From Octopus sinensis (lineage: Eukaryota): a stretch of DNA of 64,000 nucleotides. The position numbers and the translations under genes are program-made. Below are positions 49,884-62,078 of the stretch, piece by piece (the first letter of the stretch is position 1; each line of letters starts with the position of its first letter). The DNA lies in contig NC_043007.1 of assembly GCF_006345805.1 (NCBI RefSeq), forward strand, positions 25,544,001 through 25,608,000. Direction: 5' to 3'. The notes under the pieces were generated by a model. That model had not been told where the DNA came from and ran no database searches. It worked only from the letters and a program-made list of their open reading frames with translations.

Positions 49884-50103
49884 TCTCTTTTCACTTGTTT
49901 CAGTCATTTGACTGCGGCCATGCTGGAGCACCGCCTTTAATCGAGCAACTCGACCCCGGGACTTATTCTTTGTAAGCCCAGTACTTATTCTATCGGTCCC
50001 TTTTACCGAACTGCTAAGTGACGGGGGACATAAACACACCAGCATCGATTGTCAAGCAATGCTAGGGGGACTAACACAGACACACATACATACACGCACA
50101 CAC

Positions 50104-50144
<41 letters not shown>

Positions 50145-50290
50145 TATGTACGACGGGCTTCTTTCAGTTTCCGTCTACCAAATTCACTCACAAGGCTTTG
50201 GTCAGCCCGAGGCTATAGTAGAAGACACTTGCCCAAGGTGCCACACTGGGACTGAATCCAGAACCATGTGGTTCATAAGCAAGCTACTTA
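49880..50290 (-). mobile_element. S1 SINE (a second S1 tail lies at 49478-49695)
   Basis: Family match. Confidence 0.85.
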
Positions 50291-50699
50291 CCGAGAAATT
50301 AGTAATAGGATAAGTTCTTGGTTTTTTTTTTTTTTTTTTAAAGTTCAAATACAGAGAATCTTGCCTCTCACAATATAGAAACACTTCTCATGGTACCAGC
50401 AGACAAAATGGAAAAGGGGTTGCCATGGATAATAGCAAGCGAGATGTGCCGGAATATTGACTTGTTAATTTTAACTCCTGGTCAGCCCTGATCCAACAAA
50501 CCACACCTGTAAGCAAAAGCATTCCAGCTATGACCATCCTGTTTTTTTTTTTTTAATTTGGGTACAGTTTATCTGGGAATACATTTTTTAATATGCTTTT
50601 TTTTTTTAATTCAAAGTTAGTATGACGTGATATGAAGGGAATTTGGCTGTTATTTCTAGCTGGTTGAGCATCAGCATTACAGGTACAGGGTTTCCTCTC

Positions 50700-51600
50700 A
50701 TTGATTTGTTTTCTCTATCTCTCAATACCTCTTACTTTCTCTGTCCCTCTTTCTCTCATTCTCTCCTCTTTCTTTCTTATTCTTTCTCTCTCCTACTTTT
50801 CACTCTTCCTCTCTTCTTACTCCCTCTTTCAATCTTCCCTCTCTTTCTTACTCCCTCTCTCTTTACACCCTCTCTCTTTCACTCCCTCTCTCCTTTCCCT
50901 CCTACCTCTCCCCTCTCTTACTCGTTTTTCTTTCTCCCTCCCTCTTTCTTTTCTCTCTCTTCTCCTCATTCCCCGCCCTCTCTTATTCCATCTCTTCTCT
51001 TTTTCTTTCATTCTTTCTTTCTTGCTTTCTTTCTCTCCTTGTCACTTGCTCCTTCTCTCTCTTACTCTCCCTCTCTTATCCCCTTTCTCTGATACTTCCT
51101 CTTTTTCTCCCTCTGTCAGTTGCTCCTTATCTCTCTTTCTCTCTCTCTCTCTTATTCCCTTTCTCTCTTACTCCCTCTCTCTCTCTTGTCACTTGCTCCT
51201 TCTCTCTCTCTCTCTCTCTTATTCCCTTTTCTCTTACTCCTCTCTTCTCCTTCTGTCACTTGCTCCTTCTCTCTCTCTCTCATTCCCTTTCTCTCTTACT
51301 CTTACTCCCTCTCTCTCTCTTGTCACTTGCTCCTTCTCTCTCTCTCTCTCTCTTATTCCCTTTTTCTCTTACTCCCTCTCTTTCTCCTTCTGTCACTTGC
51401 TCCTTCTCTCTCTCTCTCATTCCCTTTCTCTCTTACTACCTCTCTTTCTCCCTGTCACTTGCTCTTTCTCTCTCTTACTCTCTCTCTCTCTCATTCCCTT
51501 TCTCTCATACTACCTCTCTTTCTCCTTGTCACTTGCACTTTCTCTCTCTCTCTCTCTCTCCTTCTCTCTCCATCTCCCCACCCAACCACCCCTCTGCCTC
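50700..51600. repeat. Polypyrimidine (CT-rich) tract with repeated gtcacttgctccttc units
   Basis: Directly visible. Confidence 0.92.
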
Positions 51601-52449
51601 TCTCATCACCTCATCTGTTACAATAGGTGATTATATAAACATTCAGTAAGTGATGCAGACTATTTTCTATTCTTGTTGCCCAGAAATAATCAATTGATTT
51701 GATTAATTTTGGCATTGGAGTAATTTTTTTTTTAACAGTTTAGTAATATTTTTATTAATAGCTTCAGGGAAAATATATGGGTTTTTTTAATTAAAATGCT
51801 CAAAAATCGCTTTTTGAAAGAAAAAAAAAAAAAAAGAAAAAAAAACCCGAAAAAGACGAAAAATTAGTTAAGTAAGTTTAAGAAATAAATAAATGAGTTT
51901 TTTAAAAATATGTTTATTTTATTTCAAAATAAACATTTCTTTTTAAACAAAAATTAGAAGTGTTTTAAAGACATTCTGTTTTAAAATAAATCATTTTTCA
52001 TTTCATAAAAATAAGTTTGTTTTTCCTTTTGCATTTACCCTGAAGGATTAAAAGATATTCTTGAAATCAACGTGGAATGTCCCTATGTGGATTCTGGATC
52101 TGCTAGAAATAGCAGTCGAATCTTCCTCTACGTGAACTCAAAGTGTTCTTAGAAAGAGGTTTCATAAAACATAGTCCTAGGGTATACTGTTTTTTTGGTT
52201 TTTTGGGGGGTTTTTGGGGTTTTTTTTTAGGTAGATGGGGAGGGAGAAAATATAGGACTGTCTTGTTGGAATTTCTTTGATCATATTCATAAAGGCCTGT
52301 GCATTCAGAGTTGGTTCGGTGCTAAAACAGCTACAATGACAACAACAACTGGAAATTTATCATGCATTATATTTTAGACTGCTTGTCTTTTGTTTTTCCA
52401 AGAATACTGAGTTGCTTTTAAATGGCAGCTTTATGTTTTCAGAGACCGA

Positions 52450-52489
<40 letters not shown>

Positions 52490-53017
52490 TTGGAGGAAAG
52501 CGTGTTTGAGAGAATGCTTGTGTGTGTGCATGTAAAGGGAAGAACCTGTGTGTGTGTGTATGTGTTTGTGTGTCAGAGAAAGAGTGGTGGAGGAGGAGGA
52601 AACAAAGCAATGTATTTGAGTAAGTGAGAGAGAGAGAGAGAGAGAGAGAGTTGGGAAGGCAATAGTGTGAAAGAGAGAGAAAGAGAGAGAGAGAGAGGGA
52701 GTTGGGAAGGCGATAGTGTGAAAGAGAGAGAAGAGAGAGAGAGAAGAAGAGAGGAGAGAGGAGGAGTGGGAAGGCGGAGGTGGTAGTGTGGAAGAGAGAG
52801 AGAGAGAGTTGGGAAGGCGATAGTGTGTGAAAGGAGAGAAAGAGAGAGAGAGAAGAGAGAGGGAGTTGGAAGGACGATAGTGTGAGAAGAGAGAGAGAGA
52901 AGAGAGAGAGGAGAGTTGGGAAGGCGGTAGTGTGAAAGAAGAGAGAGAGAGAGAGTTGGGAAGGCGATAGTGTGAAAGAGAGAGAGAGAGGGAGTTGGGA
53001 AGGCGGTAGTGTGAAAG

Positions 53018-53055
<38 letters not shown>

Positions 53056-53076
53056 TTGGGAAGGCGACGGTGTGAA

Positions 53077-53109
<33 letters not shown>

Positions 53110-53110
53110 A
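52450..53110. repeat. GA-rich minisatellite (gagttgggaaggcgatagtgtgaaagagag)
   Basis: Unit repeated about 9 times. Confidence 0.9.
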
Positions 53111-53949
53111 CTTTGTGTTGGTAATACAAGATGTAATTTTCCTTATTTTCTTTTTTTCTTTTTCTTTTTCTCTCTCCCCCCCCCCCCCCCAACCCCATGT
53201 TATTTTTATGGTTGCGCTTTGGAAGTCCCTGCAGTCAGCTAATAAATCCCCATGCAACAATGTGCAGCTAATCAAGGTGCAGCACATTTGCTAGCCTCAC
53301 CGTCTGGATTGACCCAACCCCGTCTCCACCTCCTCCTCCACCTCCTCCTCTTCATCCTCCTCCTCCTCCTCCTCCGCTTCCCCCCCCCCCCCCCCCGGAG
53401 CTGTGTAGTCTGCTGTGCAGTTTCATGTTTAACGCACAGCACACAGTTGCTATGAGTATGTGTTTGGACTAGTTTACTTCTTGGAACCTCTCTGATGGTA
53501 GCTGTTGCAGACAGACGGCATTGAGGCTGGAAAGTGATCGTATCCAATGTGTGTGTGTGTGTGTGTGTTAGCCGACGGTTTTTGATTAATCTGAGATCAT
53601 AGAATGTTTACAGTCCAGATTAATTCATAAGTATTGTTTTAATTATCAAAACATATTTTATCGTGGTGCAGCAAGCAGGTGCAGGAGGCTGTGGTTATTG
53701 CTGCATGTGCTGGTGCAGCAGACTTTGTCTTTGTGCCAAAAATTCCTGCTGAAATTGAAAAAAAAAACAAAAAAAGCAAAAACAAAACAAGAAAAACAAA
53801 GAAAAATATCCCTGATTATATTGGCTAAGAGACACATTCATAGCTGTGTGGTTAGGATGTTTGCTTCGCAATCACATGCTCTTGGGTTCAATCCCATTGC
53901 ATGGCATCTTGGGCAAGCTTTTTTTCTACCATACCCTTGAGCTGGCCAC

Positions 53950-54378
53950 TACTTTTACTTTTACTTGCTTCAGTCATTTGACTGCGGCCATGCTGGAGCA
54001 CCGCCTTTAGTCGAGCAAATCGACCCCGGGACTTATTCTTTGTAAGCCCAGTACTTATTCTATCGGTCTCTTTTTGCTGAACCGCTAAGTGACGGGGACG
54101 TAAACACACCAGCATCGGTTGTCAAGCAATGCTAGGGGGACAAACACAGACACACAAACACACACACATACATATATATATATATATTATATATATATAT
54201 ATATATATACATACATACGACAGGCTTCTTTCAGTTTCCATCTACCAAATCCACTCACAAGGCTTTGGTCGGCCCGAGGCTATAGTAGAAGTCATTTGCC
54301 CAAGATGCCACACAGTGGGACTGAACCTGGAACCATGTAGTTCATAAGCAAGCTACTTACCACACAGCCACTCCTGCA
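53950..54378 (-). mobile_element. S1 SINE, full length
   Basis: Complete family match. Confidence 0.9.
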
Positions 54379-55002
54379 CACTACTTTGTGAGAAAAATAT
54401 TAGATGAAAACTACTGAAGTTTTGTGTGTGTCTCTGTGTGCTCCTAGCTTTGGGTAAAAGAAAATACAGGAGGATCAGTTAATTATGATTTTATTCAACA
54501 TGTTCCCCCTCTCAGATTCACACACTTATTGTGGCAATCCTTCAGTTTTTCTAAGCCCTGTAAAAGAGCTCATAAGGCTGGGCCTCCAACCAAGCCTATC
54601 ATGGTACCTTTAAAGCCAGGGACTTTTCAGCAACCCCTAATGTACATGTTCTCTTTCTCTTTTTAATGTAGAATAAATTTTTAGTGGCCACCCCTACTTG
54701 GTAGCAAAGTTGTGAAGGAAAGCATCTTGTTTTAATCATCATCCTTTAAATTTTAAGGTCTTGGACCCATGTGGCTGAGAAGCAAGCTTCTTACCACACA
54801 CACCACACACACACGACAGGTATCCTTGTAATTTCTTTCTACCAAATTCACTTGCAAAGTATAGGCTTGCCTGGGGCTATAGTAGAAGACACTTACTGAA
54901 GGTGCTGCACAGTGGGACTAAACGTAAAAGTATGTTGTTGCCAAGCAAACTTCTTAATCATACCACCATGCCTATGGCCCTCTGGTGTGTGTGTGTGTGT
55001 GT

Positions 55003-55393
55003 CTCTTACTCTTTTACTTGTTTCAGTCATTTGACTGTGGCCATGCTGGAGCACCACCTTTAGTTGAGCATATCGATCCCAGGACGTATTCTTTGTAAGC
55101 CTAGTACTTATTCCATTGGTCTCTTTTGCTGAACCGCTAAGTTACGGGGACGTAAACACACCAGCATTGGTTGTCAGGCAATGCTGGAGGAACAAACTCA
55201 GACACACAAACATATATATACATATATACGATGGGCTTCTTTCAGTTTCCGTCTACCAAATCCACTCACAAGGCTTTGGTCGGCCCGAGGCTATAGTAGA
55301 AGACACTTGCCCAAGGTTCCACACAGTGGGACTGAACCCGGAACCATGTGGTTGGTAAGCAAGCTACTTACCACACAGCCACTCCTGTGCCTA
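55003..55393 (-). mobile_element. S1 SINE, full length
   Basis: Complete family match. Confidence 0.88.
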
Positions 55394-55484
55394 TCCATAC
55401 AGCCACTCCTGTGCCTATCCACACAGCTACTCCTGTGCCTATCCACACAGCTACTCCTCCTGCGCCTATCCACACAGCCACTTC
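55371..55484. repeat. 24-bp tandem repeat of the S1 5' end
   Basis: ccacacagccactcctgtgcctat x4 plus a partial copy. Confidence 0.92.
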
Positions 55485-56175
55485 TTGCTTCTTGTGGAGA
55501 TTTTGAATATAGCTATTTGGAAGAATGTAATGGACACTTAAAAAAAAAGACAGCCTCTGTTTTATTGAAACTATAATAAAATGGTGTGTCATCATTGGTT
55601 CCATAAACATTGGTTACAATCTTTTAGACATTTTCATTTCCCCGCTGTTTCCATTAAGAGAAAATACAAATTTTAGCAGCTTGTTCACCTTCACAACATG
55701 CTCCAGTTTCTTCAGCTAAACCATCTGCAAAAGGAAACTAACTGTGTTTTCTAAATCAATGTACAAACAGACTTGAAATGTGTGCAATAAACAGAGAGGG
55801 AAAATATAATCAGTATTTTCTGTTTTTTCTTCTATTTTTCTTTTTCTTTCTTTTGCTTAGTTTTTATGAGAAAATGCGTTTGAGGCATTGTGAGTTTATT
55901 GCTCTATTATACTAGTACTGGTGTTGACCAATTGTTCAAATAATCATTATGTTGCATATCTCGGTATCTTGGTAGAAAAATCATTAGCCAAATAGTTTTA
56001 TTTGTTCAGCAATGATTATTAAAAACTTCCAAGTGGTAAATATATGTACTTTTTATTAGGTTTTTCTTTAGTTGTTTTTTTTTTTGTTTATAGTTGTTTT
56101 TTTGGTTTTTTTTGGTTTGCTATTTTGTACACAATCTCGGAAACAGGCTGTGTGGTGAAGAAGCTGGACTGAACC

Positions 56176-56443
56176 AGAAGTTGGATTGAAGCATCATGGC
56201 TTCAGGTTCAATCTGACCACATGTTACTGTATGACATTTTGGACAAGGCCTTGAGCAGAGACATGCCTTGTGAGTGATTTGAGGGAGATTTGGCTGCTCT
56301 TTGCAACAAGAAGTTGGATTGAAGCATCATGGCTTCAGGTTCAATCTGACAACATATTACTTCTGTGTGACATTTTGGACAAGGCCTCGAGCAGAGAAAT
56401 GCCTTGTGAATGATTTGAGGGAGATTTGGCTGCTCTTTGCAAC
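56176..56443. repeat. Tandem duplication, 133-bp unit x2
   Basis: agaagttggattgaagc at 56176 and 56309. Confidence 0.9.
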
Positions 56444-56906
56444 TGGTTGCACAATCATGTAGAGAACTACGGTTTTTCAAGCTTTTGTAGTTCAGAACTC
56501 ATTTCCATACAACAGCATTTACAAATGCCTCTTCTCCATGTTTTGCATGAAAATAAATAAATAAAAGTACAAAGGAAAAAACAAAGAGAAAAAGATGAAA
56601 AACAAAACCAAATTATTTCTGTCAGAGACAATTTAATTTTGCGCAGTGGTTTATTACTCCAACTTTTTTAGATATTTCCTTGGACTAGTGCCCACGAAGT
56701 TAATTTTTTAATGGAAATTTACAGTTGGAATATGTATGTATATATGTATGTATGTATGTATTTATATATGTATATATATATTTATATATATATATGTATG
56801 TTAGATGTGTGGAAGGTACACCATACTTAATTATCATTACTCCACCTAATCTGAAAAAGCAACAACTTGCCAAAGACTATATAAAGCCATGTAGAACCCT
56901 AGTATA

Positions 56907-56953
56907 GCACAGTCTGATGAAGCTGAGAAAGCTGAAACTTTGAAGTCTTTGCC
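56907..56953 (+). ncRNA. Hammerhead-like motif with canonical core and GUC site
   Basis: CTGATGA-agct gagaa agct-GAAA-ctt tg aag-TC; stem I weak. Confidence 0.55.
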
Positions 56954-57101
56954 AACCTTTTACTTGTAAAAGTCTAATAAACACGCACTCTGCTAAAGTG
57001 TATTGAGTAATCTTTCAGTTTAATGTTAAATTGTTTTTATATAGGATTTGACTTACAAACAGACATTAATGTGTGTGTGTGTGTGTGTGGAGGGGATACC
57101 G

Positions 57102-57294
57102 TTTTTACTCTTGTTTCAGTCAGTTGACTGTGGCCATGCTGGAGCATCGTCTTCTAGTCAAACAAATTGACCCTAGGACGTATTCTTTGTAAGCCTAGTA
57201 CTTATTCTATCAGTCTCTTTTGCTGAACTGCTGGTTTACGGGGGTATAACCACACCAACATCAGCTGCCAAGCGATGGTGGAGGAACAAACATA

Positions 57295-57331
<37 letters not shown>

Positions 57332-57491
57332 GACAAGCTTCTTTCAGTTTCCGTCTACCAAATCCACTCACAAGGCTTTGGTCAGCCCGAAGCTATAGAA
57401 GACACTTGTCCAAGGTGCCACACAGTGGGACTGAACCTGGAACCATGTGGTTGGGAAGCAAGCATCTTACCACATGGCCATGCCTGTGCCT
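57102..57491 (-). mobile_element. S1 SINE
   Basis: Family match. Confidence 0.82.
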
Positions 57492-57890
57492 ATGTATATA
57501 TATATATATATATTATTAATATTTAGCAGAAGTAACAGAGTGACTCAAGGCTTGAGAATTTTGTGCGAGATTGAAAGCCTGTGAGTTTATATAATTGTTG
57601 ATAAACATACATACACACACAGACACACATATATACAAACACATTCCACTCAGTGGAGGGGTCTTGTCTTGCTGACCTCAAGTGCTGTGCCCGAGGAAGA
57701 GCAGCCAGTACACTCTGTAAAGCGGTTGGTATTAAGGAAGGGCAAATCCAAGTGTAAGAAACATGCCAATGCAGACATTGGAGCTTGGCACAGCCTCTAA
57801 CTCATTGGTTCCTGTTAAACCATCCAGCCAGCCCATGCCAGCACGGGGAAAATCAATGTTTAAATGATGATGATGGTATACACACACACA

Positions 57891-58122
57891 AGGTGGCAAG
57901 CTGGCAGAAACGTTAGCACGCCAGGCGAAATGCTTAGCAGTATTTCGTCTGCTGCAATGTTCTGAGTTCAAATTCCGCCGAGGTCGACTTTGCCTTTCAT
58001 CCTTTCGGGGTCAATTAAATAAGTACCAGTTACACACTGGGGTCGATATAATTGACTTAATCCGTTTGTCTGTCCTTGTTTGTCTCCTCTGTGTTTAGCC
58101 CCTTGTGGGTAGTAAAGAAATA
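57891..58122 (+). mobile_element. S2 SINE
   Basis: Flanking ggtatacacac repeat at about 57875 and 58123. Confidence 0.85.
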
Positions 58123-58560
58123 GGTATACACACGTGCTTGTAGGCACACACACACACACACACACTCCTTTGATCATAGGTCTGCTGGATCATGACTTAA
58201 TGATTGTGTGGTCAGCCTGAAGCCTTCTTTCTTGTATCATTAGTCTAAGTAGAGTTGTGTGTCTTGCCTCAGGCCACAGAGCAACATCACTGACGTCCTA
58301 GAGTGCACCCAGCACACACTAAGGAAAGAGGTTGGTACTAGAAAAGGCATCCGGCCATAGAAACCATGCCACAACAGACCGTTGGGAGTCTGGACAGCTC
58401 TCTGCTAGCCAGCTCCATGCCAGACTGTCCAACCCATGCCAGCATGGAAAGCGGATGTTAATCATGTCCAATCTTCTTTGAAGACATATCTGGCCATGGA
58501 GAAATATGAAAGCTGGCCACAGGAAAGGTATCCATCCATGGCAAATCTGTCTCCATTATC

Positions 58561-58995
58561 TACATCATCATCATAGTTTAACGTCCGCTTTCCATGCTAG
58601 CATGGGTTGGACGATTTTGACTGAGGTCTGGCGAACCAGATGGTTGCACCAGGCTCCAATCTTGATTTGGCAGAGTTTCTACAGCTGGATGCCCTTCCTA
58701 ACACCAACCACTCCGAGAGTGTAGTGGGTGCTCTTTACGTGCCACCGGCACAGGGGCCAGTCAGGCGGTACTGGCAACAGCCACGCTCGAATCCTTTTAC
58801 ACTTGCTGCCAGCACAGGTGCTAGTAAGGCGACTTTGGTAACGATCACGCTCGAATGGTGCCCTTTTATGTGCCACTGGCACGGAAGCCAGTTGGCTGCT
58901 CTGGCAACGATCACGCTTGGATGGTGCTCTTGGCTCCCTACTAGCATGGGCACAAGTGCCAGTAAGGCGACGCTGGTAATGATCACGCTCAGGTG
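58561..58995 (-). mobile_element. S5 RTE-like 3' end
   Basis: (ATC)n plus body. Confidence 0.8.
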
Positions 58996-59239
58996 TGGAA
59001 AAGGTGTGGTTTTCTCAAGACCTCTATCCATTAAATATGTTGGCACTAACTTATTTGAGAAATAGATGTAACTGGAAATTATTCCAAAAAAAAAAAACTC
59101 ACTCATGATCAGACATTTTCCTGATATGCTATTGTTTCGTTTCTTATTTGTGATTAAATTAAATTTATTGTTAATTAAAACTGAAACAGATGAACGTTTT
59201 TTGGGGGGTTTTTTTGCTGCATACAAGGAAAATGTTTTT

Positions 59240-59600
59240 CTGTTTCTGAGACCGTCTGTCTGCCTGCCTGCCTGCTTGTCTGTCTGTCTGTCTGTCTTTC
59301 ATTGCCTGTCCGTCCATCTTTCTGTCTGTCTGTCACTGCCTGTCCGTCCGTCTGTCTGTCTCTTTCTACCTGTCTGTCTGTCTGTCACTACCTGGCCGTC
59401 CGTCTGTCTGTCTCTTTCTACCTGTCTATCTGTCACTGCCTATCCGTCCGTCTGTCTGTCTGTCTTTCACTGTCCGTCTGTCAGTCTCTTTCTGTCTGTC
59501 TGTCTGTATCTACCTGTCTGTCTGTCACTGCCTGTCCGTCCGTCTGTCTGTCTCTTTCTACTTGTCTGTCTGTTCTGTCTCTTTGTTTCTCTCCTTCTCT
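59240..59600. repeat. (CTGT)n-based minisatellite
   Basis: Directly visible. Confidence 0.9.
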
Positions 59601-59851
59601 CTTTCTCCCTCTAACCCCCCTCTCCACACACACAAACATCCCAGTGTCCTGCTTTCTCACCTTCCAGTCGACGATTATTTACTTCACATTTACACATGTG
59701 AAAATCTGTTTCTCTTCTCCTCAATCTCCGGTTGCTGTTTATTGCACCGTCAAATAAACAGATCTTTTCCCTACTTCAACAACACATAAACTAACATCTC
59801 GGACGACCAAGCGACTACAGCATTGCTTCATCCATGCAATACCTGATTATT

Positions 59852-60286
59852 GGCGATCTTTCGTCTCTAGTAGACCTTTCCGTCGATTTCCGTAAAAAAA
59901 AATTTTTTTTTTTTACATATGGGCTTGCGGGAACTTTTGAAGTAATATACATACATATACACATACACCGAGTAAAAAATTTCAGTTATCTCTTTCTTTC
60001 ACACATTACTCTGTCTCTTCACACACACTAACAGAAGCACTTCACTTACACAACATACTGTCTGTCTCCCACACCCCATCAAACACACACACACGCACGC
60101 ACACACACATGTCCATCAATGCTCCCATGCACGGTAACTTCAAAAGAACTTCCCTCCTCATACAATCGCTTTCTCTTAGTCTCTTTCGCTCTCATTACTT
60201 CAAAAGTTCCCGCAAGCCCATATGTAAAAAAAAAAAATTTTTTTACGGAAATCGACGGAAAGGTCTACTAGAGACGAAAGATTGCC
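59852..60286. mobile_element. MITE with ~94-bp TIRs
   Basis: 59852-59946 (ggcgatctttcgtctctagtagacc...gaagtaat) is inverted at 60194-60286. Confidence 0.88.
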
Positions 60287-60706
60287 CGTTTCTCTACTTC
60301 AACAACGCGTCCTCCTCTACTTAAAAACAGCATAAACTAAACATCTCGGACGACCAAGCGACTACAGCCATTGCCTCATCCATGCAATACACCTGATTAT
60401 TTGCTTGTACAATATGGAAATCAAGGATATTTTGCATCCAGTTTGAAATCCAGATGTTTAAGTGCTGATTGTCGTAATATCTCATTGAACAAGGCAGATA
60501 TGAGGCTGGTGTGTGTGTGTGTGTGTGTACGTGATATAAGCGACACGGTATGAGTCAGTGTTTGTATTACAAGCACGTGGTATAGTGTTTGTAATCTCTG
60601 CTGCGGCAAAAGCTGTTTTTTTTTAAAAATTTTTTTGTCATTTGATGTTTGCTTTCGGCCAGATGGAAGACAAATTTAAGATTGCGTTAGATCGCGATAA
60701 AAGCAT

Positions 60707-60767
<61 letters not shown>

Positions 60768-61097
60768 ATGTGTGTGTATGTATGTGTGTGTGTGTGTGTG
60801 TGTGGTCAGAGAGAGGAGGTACTTGCAAAAAAATGTCATGAGTTGAAGCAGCAGCCCTACAATAAATATACAGCATATTGTGTGTGTGTGTATGACAGGT
60901 GTAGATATAGATGTGTGTGTTTGTGTCTATATATTAGACAGACAGGTAGATAGATAGATAAACAGACAGACAGACGGACGGGCAGGCAGATAGATCGGTG
61001 TGTGTATGTATGGATTAGATTCAGAGAATGAAAGCTAGATAGCGTGTGTGTGTGTGTGTGGTATTTATAAAATGGATCTCCATCACCTTCAGTGATA

Positions 61098-61680
61098 TCA
61101 TCATCATCATCATAGTTTAACGTCCGCTTTCCATGCTAGCATGGGTTGGACGATTTTGACTGAGGACTGGCGAACCAGATGGCTGCACCAGGCTCCAGTC
61201 TTAGTCTTGATCTGGCAGAGTTTCTACAGCTGGATGCCCTTCCTAACACCAACCACTCTGAGAGTGTAGTGGGTGCTTTTTACGTGCCACAGGCACAAGG
61301 GCCAGTCAGGTGGTACTGGCAACGACCTTGCTTGAATCTTTTTTACACGTACCACCGGCACAGGTGCCAGTGAAGCGACGCTGGTAATGATCACAGGCGG
61401 CGAGCTAGCAGAATCGTTAGCACGTCGGGCGAAATGCTTAGCGGTATTTCGGCTGCCGTTACGTTGTGAGTTCAAATTCCGCCGAGGTCGACTTTGCCTT
61501 TCATCCTTTCGAGGTCGATAAATTAAGTACCAGTTAAGCACTGGGGTCGATATAATCGACTTAATACCTATGGTTGTCCCCTCTATGTTTAGCCCCTTGT
61601 GGGTAATAAAGAAATAGGTAATGATCACACTCGAATGGTGCCCTTTTACGTGCCACGGGTATGGAAGCCAGTTGATCAAG
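61098..61680 (-). mobile_element. S5 copy interrupted by an S2 SINE (61396-61616, +)
   Basis: 13-bp TSD ggtaatgatcaca at 61383-61395 and 61617-61629. Confidence 0.85.
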
Positions 61681-62078
61681 AGAGTTGCCGACTCATTGAA
61701 TTTGTATAAAGTGGCTGAGTATTCTGCAGGCATTTTAAATGTAATTCAGAGGGAAAATGATTGTCACAGAGCGAAACAAAGTCGGCCCTTTTTCAATTAC
61801 AGATACTGTCTATAATGATGGTCTTCCAGAAAGATTACTTACAATCTACCTTGATTTCACTCTCAAGACTTAGGTTGACCCAAGGTTATGACAGAAAACA
61901 CCTGCCTAAAATGAAATGCTGTGGGATTGAACCCTGGACGTCTTAATTATTATGAAAACTGAACATGTTAACCAATCAGGCATACCTACATGTTAAATGT
62001 GTGCGTGTGTTTTTGAAATCTGCCAGGGTACTCATGTAGATGGACTCTTAATCCAACTAACTGATACTAGGGTATCCA

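Noticed and set aside
42324-53287. Long Phe/Leu/Ser-rich ORFs (42324-43094, 50701-51630, 52439-53287) resembling membrane proteins
   Set aside because: They coincide with TTTC, CT and GA simple repeats; no domain signal or splice structure.
60663-60707. 45-nt AG/GT-bounded phase-0 candidate exon (MEDKFKIALDRDKSM)
   Set aside because: No similarity to the expected next FBXO11 segment (YKGAHV...), and the donor is just the start of a (GT)n repeat.
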